A stretch of DNA of 60,366 nt from IMG/VR virus record IMGVR_UViG_3300019132_000039. One strand, 5' to 3'. The translations under genes and the position numbers were made by a program. Origin of the DNA: an uncultured virus (IMG/VR IMGVR_UViG_3300019132_000039) (Duplodnaviria > Heunggongvirae > Uroviricota > Caudoviricetes). This document shows, in pieces, positions 9,126 through 17,453 of the stretch (its first letter is position 1; the number at the start of each line of letters is the position of its first letter). Under the pieces are notes generated by a model. It ran no database searches. It had not been told where the DNA came from and was given only the letters and a program-made list of their open reading frames with translations.

Positions 9126-10064
9126 TTAGGACGACTGATCCAACATTTCTTTGTAGCGTTGATATTTTCTGTTTAAGCAGATTGTGCAATATTCGTAAAT
9201 GGTATTAGCAAATTGAAGGATATCTTCTTTATTGGAGTATTCTAATGTCCAATTATTCTTATCATCTTTATGACGTTTACTGTAATTCCCTTTGATTCCA
9301 ATAAAATTCTCAATGCCTTGAAGAAACTCTTTTGTTCCACAGATTCTCACTTTATATGGAAGAGTATATCCTTCTATGCATTTTGAGAATGATCCATCAC
9401 CATCAAAGTATCCTCTGATAAAATGATGCATTAAAGTTTTTGGGACAATTTCGAATGAAGGAAATTGAAGAACCAATGTTTTGTGTTCGACAACTCCTTT
9501 ATTCAATAAATCATCGAACATTTTATCAGATGTAATAATCACTCTTGAATATTCAAAATCTTTTCCATCTGGAGTTGTTCCTGTATACTGTCTAATTACA
9601 TAATTAGAATCAACGTCGAACAAGAAATTTTTTATATGATCTTCATCTTTTCTTGATAATGCAATACCGATGCATTTTTGATTACCCTTTCTTTTTGCAA
9701 TATATCCATCAGCATATATAAATCCAAGCCAATATGCTTTGTGTTCAGTATCAATCGTTTCAAAATAATCATGATTAATATGATATTTGCGAGAGTTTTC
9801 TTTATTGCTTCTCATAATTCCTATTTGATGAATGATCTTTCTTATTTTCTCTATCTTGATGCTTGTTTGTTGTTCAATCTTTTGTAAGGATAATCCGTTT
9901 TGATACATATCAATAATTTCTTGTTCGTTGATGTTTTTGTATTTTCGAGGCGCTTTGGATGCACACGATTTAGAGCAATATCTCGAATTTTTTCTTGAAC
10001 GTGTAACAGTTACAGTTTCTCCACATGTTTCACAGATAATATCATACGTATAAAGTTTCCCCAT
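9126..10064 (-). CDS. Intron-encoded double-motif LAGLIDADG homing endonuclease
   Basis: YWLGFIYADG and FIRGYFDGDG motifs; N-terminal CxxC/CSxxC and HTH-like segment; GGAGG RBS. Confidence 0.85.
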   Translation of the reverse strand: MGKLYTYDIICETCGETVTVTRSRKNSRYCSKSCASKAPRKYKNINEQEIIDMYQNGLSLQKIEQQTSIKIEKIRKIIHQIGIMRSNKENSRKYHINHDYFETIDTEHKAYWLGFIYADGYIAKRKGNQKCIGIALSRKDEDHIKNFLFDVDSNYVIRQYTGTTPDGKDFEYSRVIITSDKMFDDLLNKGVVEHKTLVLQFPSFEIVPKTLMHHFIRGYFDGDGSFSKCIEGYTLPYKVRICGTKEFLQGIENFIGIKGNYSKRHKDDKNNWTLEYSNKEDILQFANTIYEYCTICLNRKYQRYKEMLDQSS

Positions 10065-10073
10065 TATTGCTTC

Positions 10074-10133
10074 CTCCTATCAATAATCTATATCTATTGT
10101 ATCATTATTGATAGGAAAATGAAATGCATTACG
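10074..10133 (-). promoter_or_regulatory. RBS-sequestering hairpin, internal -10 and operator-like site upstream of the LAGLIDADG ORF
   Basis: CCTATCAATAAT...ATTATTGATAGG inverted repeat overlaps AGGAGG; TACAAT in the loop; TGAAATGCATTACG at 10120-10133. Confidence 0.65.
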
Positions 10134-10152
10134 CTACAAATTTTGTTAGCCA

Positions 10153-11643
10153 ATCAGGATATCCAGCACGTTCTGGATTTAGGAAACGCTCAAATAGTAG
10201 GTTTTCTTTAATCGGATCCAGTGCAGTAATTTTGAGGCATCGACATACGAGTGAGCCTGCACCCGAACCACGCCCCGGACCTGTTAAAAAGCCGGCTTCA
10301 TTTGTGGCTCTCATTTTATCTTCGGTAATCAAGAAATAATCTGAAAATCCTTCTGTACAAATAACATCCAGTTCATATTGGAGTCTTCGAGAGTATTCTT
10401 GAATATCAATATCTTCGGTTAATGCCATTTCGAATAAACCGTTCCATGCTTTCTTTCTCAATAGTTCATCAGCCGTTTCATTTCCTTCAATCAAGAATTT
10501 TGGAAATAATGGCTCCTTCGGTAAGGAAACATTGACCATTTCAGCAATTTTTAGTGTATTCCCCCATGCTTCTGGATCGTAACATTTTTCCATCATTTCT
10601 TCGTCATTTTTCATCCAGAATTCATGGGCGTATTTCATACGGTTTTCATCAGAGATACACTTACCAATAGAAGATGTAACAAGGATATCATGAATGTGAT
10701 TGTCTTCTTTATTGGCATAGTGTACGTCTGTGGTGAGAATTTTCGGTGTATTGGTTTCAACGGCTAATTGATCAATGATTTGGTTAATATAAAGTTGTTC
10801 GGGGATAGAGGTAGCCTGTTTTTCTAAATAAAAATGTGCAAAGGTTTCTTTGCATTCTAAAATATGTTGTTTCGCTTCTTCAATTCTTCCTGCCAAACAG
10901 AGCTGACTAAAATAACTCCCAAGACAGGCTGAAGTAGCAATAAGATTCCTGCCCAGACCTCTTTCTCGAATAAAATCAAGGTCGGTACGAGGATCAGAAT
11001 AGAAGCCATTAATATGAGCATCAGAAACAATCTCATATAAATCCTCCAGTCCTTGATTATTCATGGCAAGTAACACCATGTGAAAATTACCATAGTCAAG
11101 GTAGTGAAACACTTCTTTTTTAAAAGCTTCTATTTTTTCTTCAACAGTATCGGGAGCTTTTTTCGCTTCTAGAGGTTCATTAAAATCTATTTCATAGATG
11201 GAAAATAAATCAAGTGACTCCTCCTTGGGTTCAGGGTCACTTGACATGAGATAGTCTTTTAATAGGATGCGAGCCTCTTCTTCAAAGCAAGCATAATTCT
11301 TTTCTACTTTTCGAAGAAAATCTTGGAGTAATTTCATCTTAGGCTTGCCTTTATGATCTGTAATTTTGTATTTGGTGCAAAGTTTGATACGCATTTCTTC
11401 TAGTTCTTTTCCTTTGATTAAACGATTTTTGGTCATGTATACCTCGCATCCCGGAATAGGTTTAATACCCTGTTTCTGACACTCAGAAATAAAATCCGGT
11501 ATAGCTCCACACACACCATGATCGGTAAGCCCTAAAGCAATATGTCCAAGTGCTTTGGCTTTAGCAACAAGCTGTTTGACAGTTGATAATCCGTCAAGCA
11601 AACTTTCTTCACTATGTACATGAACGTGTATGCCTTGGCACAT
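10153..11643 (-). CDS. dnaE: DNA polymerase III alpha, exon 1 (PHP domain; spliced product 1176 aa)
   Basis: HVHSEESLLDG, TDHG, GCEVY, TDVHY, GPGRGSGAGSLV and FERFLNPER.GYPD. Confidence 0.92.
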
Positions 11644-11663
11644 GGTATGTCCTCCTCTTTATG

Positions 11664-11990
11664 TTATTCGACTGTAGTTTCTACGATTTCGTCGGATACT
11701 TTTTCGACTACTTCTTTAGCTTGCTGCGAGCGACGAATACGATCAATAATGGTAGTTGTTTGTACGGCGGAAGCAGTGACGACAATGCCATTTTCCCCTT
11801 TTTGTGTAATAATACTTCTTGTCTTTTTTCCTTGTGTTAAATCAAGAAAGTTTCCTGTTTCTTTTGCGTGTTGAATAACTCTTTTGATTGGAGAAGAATC
11901 CGGACGATTCACTGTCAAAATTTTGCTTACTTCCACATAATTAGAAAATCCGATATCCACAAATTGAGTATTGTACATATAAAATCCCAT
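11664..11990 (-). CDS. remA: RemA/DUF370-family extracellular-matrix regulator homolog
   Basis: IGFSNYV, PDSSPIKRVIQHAKE, DLTQGKKTRSII and SAVQTTTI..RI parallel Bacillus RemA (IGFGN, PESAPIKR, DATYGRRTRAV, SAVQPET). Confidence 0.75.
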   Translation of the reverse strand: MGFYMYNTQFVDIGFSNYVEVSKILTVNRPDSSPIKRVIQHAKETGNFLDLTQGKKTRSIITQKGENGIVVTASAVQTTTIIDRIRRSQQAKEVVEKVSDEIVETTVE

Positions 11991-11993
11991 CCT

Positions 11994-12908
11994 TTATTGA
12001 GTATGATTTTGAATATACTGATTGATTAATTCATTTGGTTGAGCAGTTGGTGGCATATTATTATACATTTCCACTTCTGTAGCAAGTGCCCCATTGGTAT
12101 CTCCGATAATGACATTGGGGATCGGTTGTTCATGTTGCATTGCTGCAATAATACTAAATACATCTGCGTATGCCTTACTGCCAAATTTGAATGGGATTGG
12201 ATAACGCTCATACCCATCTTTATTGAGGGTTCCTGCATGACAGTAGAAATTGTACTCGCAGGTAGCGCATTTATAATAACTTGGTGTGTGTTTTGGTGGG
12301 ATAGGTGGAAGTTTTCTTTCTTTGGCCAATGCGATACACCAATTGGCTTTCTCTTCTAAAGTTTTTGCATAGGCTGGATCATACTCCAACTCATACTCCC
12401 ATACTTCTTGTGTGTCTTTGTTTTCCACAAAGATAATACCTTTTTGGATGGGTAGCCCCATCTTTTGAACAAGATGTAGATAGAACATCAACTGATCCCG
12501 ATGTTCTTTTTTAGGAGTATTGTTTTTTACCATCCATTCAAAACTTTTAGAGGAAGCACTTTTTAATTCAATTAAATAGTTTGTTCCTACTGGATTTTCA
12601 ATACTGTAAATGCGAATCCAAGCATCTGTATGACCGCTAATATCTTCAAATTCCAACTTCATTTCTCTTTGCACTAAAATTCCCATATCTGAAAATAAAG
12701 TCTCATAGCGGTGATGCATACTGTGTCCGTTTTCAAAAATACGCAATGCCCGATCTTCTGGCATGTTTTTAGGAACCATCAGCATATCAAAAACAATTTT
12801 TCGCTGACACATGCCAATGGTCGAAGGATGCAATTTTCGCATCGGACGAGTTTGTTTTTTGTATTGTTCACGATAGTGATGATTCACTAAATTTGTTAAT
12901 ACTCCCAC
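11994..12908 (-). CDS. Cas4-like PD-(D/E)xK exonuclease
   Basis: N-terminal Cys (MCQR), GH..H, SGHTD...IELKS, QL.FY and C-terminal CxxCxxxxxC. Confidence 0.75.
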   Translation of the reverse strand: MGVLTNLVNHHYREQYKKQTRPMRKLHPSTIGMCQRKIVFDMLMVPKNMPEDRALRIFENGHSMHHRYETLFSDMGILVQREMKLEFEDISGHTDAWIRIYSIENPVGTNYLIELKSASSKSFEWMVKNNTPKKEHRDQLMFYLHLVQKMGLPIQKGIIFVENKDTQEVWEYELEYDPAYAKTLEEKANWCIALAKERKLPPIPPKHTPSYYKCATCEYNFYCHAGTLNKDGYERYPIPFKFGSKAYADVFSIIAAMQHEQPIPNVIIGDTNGALATEVEMYNNMPPTAQPNELINQYIQNHTQ

Positions 12909-12928
12909 ATTCGCTCAATCCCTTATAA

Positions 12929-12976
12929 TGTAATGCATTACAATATCATTATATTACAGAATATGAAAGAAAACAA
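12929..12976 (-). promoter_or_regulatory. SigA-like promoter with palindrome at the start site
   Basis: TTGTTT-N17-TATAAT on the minus strand; perfect TGTAATGCATTACA at 12929-12942. Confidence 0.65.
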
Positions 12977-12994
12977 GAGAATATGTGAGAAATC

Positions 12995-13231
12995 TCAAGC
13001 ATTTGCAAGCTTTCGCTTGAGTTCCTCTAACGTTTCTCTTGTGCAAATTACAATCGAATTAAACCAGTGAAATGCAATACATAAATTGTTGATTCGCATT
13101 AAATCATCCTGGAAATCGATATGCTTCAGTTGGATAGGTGTATCACAGTAATAAAAGTGGAATGCACCCTCTCGGTCTTGACATGCAATAGCAACAATTG
13201 GTTCATCTAATCCTGTTAGAGCCTGAGACAT
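12995..13231 (-). CDS. Hypothetical protein
   Basis: 78 aa, overlapping the end of the sigma gene; AAAGGGG RBS. Confidence 0.6.
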   Translation of the reverse strand: MSQALTGLDEPIVAIACQDREGAFHFYYCDTPIQLKHIDFQDDLMRINNLCIAFHWFNSIVICTRETLEELKRKLANA

Positions 13232-13986
13232 TTGAGTTCCCCTTTCTCATACAACTGCTTAAAATATTTTATTAGTCGCATACGAATTCGATGAATAGAT
13301 TTTGGGTGGTAGGGGAGCATTCTTGCAATTTCTTTATCGGTGTACCCTTCATAATAGTATTTTACTAGTATGTAACGTTCATGAGGTTTCAGATGGTTAA
13401 AGGGTTCCCCTGCCCTTTTGCCATGAATCCAACGAGGATCACTTAATTCAAAAAATTGATCCATTTCGATGATAAGTTCGCTAGGAAGTTCTTCTTCTTT
13501 TTCCTCTTCTTCCACCCACAAATTTTGATACACCCATCGATGATAATCCAACATATCAACTGGAATACGATCCAAGTGTCGTTTTAGGGCGTAGCGGTAA
13601 GTTTTATACAAATAGCTTTGAAACCCTTTTCCTTTAGGTTCATAAATTTGAGCACATCGAAGAAATGGAATTAATAATTCGTGCTCTATTTCTTGATAAG
13701 TATGGTTTCGTAATTTTGAACGCAAGTATTGTAATGCACGATACGCAGAAGCCATTGCCTCGGAAGAATGATATTTCCCTCTACGAAGATTTTGATTGAT
13801 TTCTTTATCGGAAATATAGCAAGCTAAGAAACAACGGATATCATGGTTTCGAAAATCAATCAAATCATGATACAACAAAGTGGCATATTTATTAAGAAAA
13901 TTTTTGTATTGAAGAATGAGTTTACTAGAGTCTCCTGTTTTTTGAAATTCTATGACGTAACGATCGTGCGCATGAATGTAACTCAT
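13216..13986 (-). CDS. Phage sigma-70-family sigma factor
   Basis: Region 2-like YEPKGKGFQSYLY; region 4 LKPHERYILVKYYYEGYTDKEIARML...IHRIR. Confidence 0.7.
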   Translation of the reverse strand: MSYIHAHDRYVIEFQKTGDSSKLILQYKNFLNKYATLLYHDLIDFRNHDIRCFLACYISDKEINQNLRRGKYHSSEAMASAYRALQYLRSKLRNHTYQEIEHELLIPFLRCAQIYEPKGKGFQSYLYKTYRYALKRHLDRIPVDMLDYHRWVYQNLWVEEEEKEEELPSELIIEMDQFFELSDPRWIHGKRAGEPFNHLKPHERYILVKYYYEGYTDKEIARMLPYHPKSIHRIRMRLIKYFKQLYEKGELKCLRL

Positions 13987-13988
13987 TG

Positions 13989-14555
13989 TTATTCTTTCTC
14001 CATAACTCGCTGCATCATAATGTCCGGTTCTTCGCTTTTTAAGTAAATATCTAATTGAAAGTAAGGTTTTTCCCCTTCTTTTACTTTATGAAAATCCATG
14101 ACTCGAGGCAATGCATATTCATCATCATCGTAAATAATACCATTAAAGGCATCCATCATGAGTTTGAATACATTGTTTGTGTCCCGGTTGATATTATCTG
14201 GCGGAAAATAAGCCGTTAATTCTATTACGACTTTTTGTTGTTGAGTAAGTTGCCAGCCGACTTCTTCTGCCCACATACGTGCTTCTATTTCCCATCTTTC
14301 TTTCAAACGTTCTGCTGCTGCAGTTAGCTTTTGTCTTCCTTTAGCAATTCGAGTGTAAATATGATTGACGCTTGGATAAACCCCTTTGTCTCCTTTGCTT
14401 TCATTATGAATGACCCAACATTTTTCCGTTTCGTATTTTGGTTTTCCATTTTTGTAATATCCTTTAATAATTGCTTTTCCGTTTTCATCTCGCTTAGCAC
14501 GTCGGCTTTGGAATTTGCCAAACATCATCATAGGTAAAATCAAAGATTTTCTCAT
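13989..14555 (-). CDS. RusA-like Holliday junction resolvase
   Basis: PSVN, RDTNNVFKLMMDAF and IYDDD motifs. Confidence 0.75.
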   Translation of the reverse strand: MRKSLILPMMMFGKFQSRRAKRDENGKAIIKGYYKNGKPKYETEKCWVIHNESKGDKGVYPSVNHIYTRIAKGRQKLTAAAERLKERWEIEARMWAEEVGWQLTQQQKVVIELTAYFPPDNINRDTNNVFKLMMDAFNGIIYDDDEYALPRVMDFHKVKEGEKPYFQLDIYLKSEEPDIMMQRVMEKE

Positions 14556-14571
14556 GGATGATTCACCCTTC

Positions 14572-15048
14572 TTATTTAATTTTGACTCCCATCATTGGGA
14601 TGGCCGTCAGGGTTACAATGACTGCTTCTCCTAAGAAGCGACCCTCCGTATCGTATCGCTTTGTATAGTTAATGTCAATACCAGCGTACTGGCTCTTGTC
14701 AATATTGTATTCCTCTTTGGCATACTTGAGAATAGTGGCCTGAATGATGGCATCACGAGTCATGTTGACTTGATCCTTCATACGAAGCTCATGCCATTCT
14801 TGTTCCTCCTCATCAATTAATTCGTTGATAACATCACAGTATTCTTCGAATGTTAATCGACATTTACTGGATAATTCATCGAATTTATCGGGCTCTAATA
14901 TCAAGTCCACATTTTGAATACCTTTATCGCTTTTGGTTTGTATAATAACAATTTTATTATTTTGCTCCATTTCGGCCGCTTGACTTTCTCGCATAAAATT
15001 CTTCTTAGCTCCGATTCTTCGGCTTTTCTGCTGCAGCTGTTCGATCAT
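14572..15048 (-). CDS. Hypothetical protein
   Basis: 158-aa ORF with AAGGAGG RBS. Confidence 0.65.
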   Translation of the reverse strand: MIEQLQQKSRRIGAKKNFMRESQAAEMEQNNKIVIIQTKSDKGIQNVDLILEPDKFDELSSKCRLTFEEYCDVINELIDEEEQEWHELRMKDQVNMTRDAIIQATILKYAKEEYNIDKSQYAGIDINYTKRYDTEGRFLGEAVIVTLTAIPMMGVKIK

Positions 15049-15206
15049 TATGATTTTCCTCCTTTACAGTCTTTGGTGCTAATTGCTCTTGTTTAATTCC
15101 TTTTCCGATATCTTCAATGATATCCACCATTTTTCCTTGCATTTTCTCCACCTCTCTCATTTTTCCTTGTAATGTCTTTCATATTCTACATTATAACATA
15201 GATAAA

Positions 15207-15238
15207 GAAAAAAGATAGGGTTTTTTACACCCTACCTT
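15207..15238 (-). terminator. Intrinsic terminator after the subtilisin gene
   Basis: Minus strand AAGGTAGGG-loop-CCCTATCTT followed by a T-tract. Confidence 0.6.
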
Positions 15239-15243
15239 CATTT

Positions 15244-16143
15244 TTACGGAAGAAGTGCCAAATTTAGCATTCCTGCTCCGTATAGCTCATCTTTTCCTAT
15301 TTCCCCTAAGTCTTTGACCATGGTGAGTAGTGTTTGATGCACATACTCTACGCTTGGCTTTAGTCCGTTATGAAGCTGCTTGTATCGATCAATAATCAGG
15401 GCACATGCACCGGCTACAAGTGGAGTGGCCATTGAAGTGCCAGATAATCGGGCATAGGTTCCATTTTTGTAAGTCGATACAATATCCACTCCTGGTGCAG
15501 AAATCGCATTTTGAATACCAAAGTTAGAGAATTTAGCACGTTCTAGTTTTTGGTCTACAGCAGAAACGGCAATGACTTCATCATAGGCTGCTGGATAACA
15601 TACTGCACTATTTTCATTCCCTGTAGCGGCAACTAGGATAATGCCTTGTGCAACAGCTTGCTTAATCGTATCATGCAATATTTGTGGTGGTCGAGTCGCA
15701 GTTCCCAAGCTCATGGAAATGACATCTACATTATGTGTCATTGCCCATCGAATTCCTTTGATAATAGATTCAAAACTACCGGAACCGTTATCTCCCAATA
15801 CTTTAGCTGAATAAATTTCCACTTCCGGTGCTACCCCGATCATGCCTATCTGATTATCTACACCGGCGATAATACCTGCACAATGGGTACCATGACCCTG
15901 TACATCTTCAGCTCCGTATGGAGATCCTGTAAAATCAATCGTTTCTCTCACATTTTGAATTAAATCACGATGGTCACGGTCAATGCCTGTATCTAAAACC
16001 GCTACTTTAATGCCTCTTCCTTTGGATTTTTGCCAAGCAATTTCTGCACCAACTGCTTTTAATCCCCAATCAACATAATCATCACGATAGGCAGAAGCGG
16101 GGATGACTTCTTTAACTTGAAAGTTTGCTAACTTAAATTCCAT
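15244..16143 (-). CDS. Subtilisin-family (S8) serine protease without signal peptide
   Basis: Catalytic triad motifs LDTG, HGTH and GTSMA; oxyanion ATGN. Confidence 0.92.
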   Translation of the reverse strand: MEFKLANFQVKEVIPASAYRDDYVDWGLKAVGAEIAWQKSKGRGIKVAVLDTGIDRDHRDLIQNVRETIDFTGSPYGAEDVQGHGTHCAGIIAGVDNQIGMIGVAPEVEIYSAKVLGDNGSGSFESIIKGIRWAMTHNVDVISMSLGTATRPPQILHDTIKQAVAQGIILVAATGNENSAVCYPAAYDEVIAVSAVDQKLERAKFSNFGIQNAISAPGVDIVSTYKNGTYARLSGTSMATPLVAGACALIIDRYKQLHNGLKPSVEYVHQTLLTMVKDLGEIGKDELYGAGMLNLALLP

Positions 16144-16218
16144 GGGAATCCTCCTTTAGATTCCCCTGTATCCTTTAAATTCATTGTAACACATTACAAT
16201 ATTTTATTCTTCATAAGG

Positions 16219-16794
16219 TTATTCATGTCTTCTTGATGGAGAATGCAAACTAGGTCTAACACCTCTTGGTGCAGTTCTTCGGATTTCTACTGTCGTTTCT
16301 CCCAGGATTTCTGCTGTCGCTTTTTCTAGTATTCGTTGTATTTCTTTTACTTCCAGTGTTTGTTGTATCTTTGCTTTCTTGTTTTCAAAATACCTGTAGA
16401 TATAATAAGCAGCAGTAAAAGGGATCCACATAATCAACCCAATTGGTGATTTCGTGCCTGAAAACCATACAAGAAGATTGGTTATAATCAGTAAAATGGC
16501 CATAAACATCCATACACATTTTATCATATGTGCCATTTTTTCTAGAATATCAGATTCTTGTTGTAATTTTTCCATTGTTTTTGGTTGTTCAATAGGGATG
16601 ATCAATCCGCCTTGCAATTCATGCATCCATTCAAACCCTTCAGGTAAAAAAGGATCAATTGAATGGCGAAGGTCAAATTGATTATGTGACGGTAACAAGG
16701 ATTGTGTCTTTCCAATGTGGTCTTTGATATATTCATATGTGTTGATTCGCCCATTTTGAAATTGAAGATTAAGATATGCTTTAATCAATTCCAT
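16219..16794 (-). CDS. Membrane protein, hypothetical
   Basis: 191 aa with two adjacent hydrophobic helices. Confidence 0.65.
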   Translation of the reverse strand: MELIKAYLNLQFQNGRINTYEYIKDHIGKTQSLLPSHNQFDLRHSIDPFLPEGFEWMHELQGGLIIPIEQPKTMEKLQQESDILEKMAHMIKCVWMFMAILLIITNLLVWFSGTKSPIGLIMWIPFTAAYYIYRYFENKKAKIQQTLEVKEIQRILEKATAEILGETTVEIRRTAPRGVRPSLHSPSRRHE

Positions 16795-16882
16795 TTATAT
16801 CACACCACAATCTTTTTATAATGCATTTATCATCTCTTTCCAAACATACGATATACAGTTTATTCACATACGATCTCCATAC

Positions 16883-17044
16883 TTAATCCACCATAATTTT
16901 TTTGTAATCTCCACAGTTTGGACAGCGATGAACATGAATTTTCCTTGGATATTTGAAGTCATAGTCAAATACATGATAGCTTCCTGTAAATTCAGGATGA
17001 TGAAGTCCTTTGAATTTACAAATTAGTTTCCGAAATAGCATCAT
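16883..17044 (-). CDS. Small Cys/His Zn-finger-like protein, 53 aa
   Basis: MMLFRKLICKFKGLH...RCPNCGDYKKIMVD; GGAGGTG RBS; not in the ORF track. Confidence 0.5.
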   Translation of the reverse strand: MMLFRKLICKFKGLHHPEFTGSYHVFDYDFKYPRKIHVHRCPNCGDYKKIMVD

Positions 17045-17447
17045 ATGAAATCACCTCCATTCCTTCATGAAAGTTATTTTCGTAGCGATGAGGATAGTAA
17101 TGCTTATAATAAATGGTTTGAATTCCTGCTTGATTTAGTGATTTCATGCAATCTGGACATGGATAATGAGTGACATAAGCCGTAGCCCCTTCTGTTGCAA
17201 TTCCATGCTTAGCACACTGTAAAAGAGCATTCATTTCGGCATGAATGGTTCTTTTACACCCGTTTTCGTGCATTAAGTGACCTATATCCTCACAGTGATC
17301 ATGCCCACTAATACTTCCATTATAGCCTGTTGCAATGATTCGATGATTTTTAACAAGAACACACCCTACATGTAGTCGGTCACAGGTAGCTCTTGTTGCA
17401 GCCATTTCTGCTATTTCCATGAAATATTGATTCCAAGATTTTCTCAT
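17016..17447 (-). CDS. dCMP deaminase (ComEB-like)
   Basis: TGYNG, HAEMNAL and PCPDC zinc-deaminase motifs. Confidence 0.88.
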   Translation of the reverse strand: MRKSWNQYFMEIAEMAATRATCDRLHVGCVLVKNHRIIATGYNGSISGHDHCEDIGHLMHENGCKRTIHAEMNALLQCAKHGIATEGATAYVTHYPCPDCMKSLNQAGIQTIYYKHYYPHRYENNFHEGMEVISYDAISETNL

Positions 17448-17453
17448 GTGATA

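Larger units (their letters stand above)
8840..10152 (-). mobile_element. Group I intron 1 in dnaE (1313 nt)
   Basis: Splice CCT GAT|TGG...AAAG|CTC GAT ATT GAT restores PDLDID. P AAUUGCUGGAAA, Q AAUCAGCAG, R GUUCAACGACCAU, S AAGAUAUGGUC; P1 UGAU|UGG pairs with UCAGUCG. Confidence 0.9.

Noticed and set aside
5392..11643. dnaE as a pseudogene or intein-split gene
   Set aside because: Precise group I splice junctions and P/Q/R/S cores restore one frame; no intein C/S...HN termini are present
11994..12908. CRISPR-Cas locus suggested by Cas4-like genes
   Set aside because: No repeat-spacer array or other cas genes seen; solo Cas4-like nucleases are common in phages
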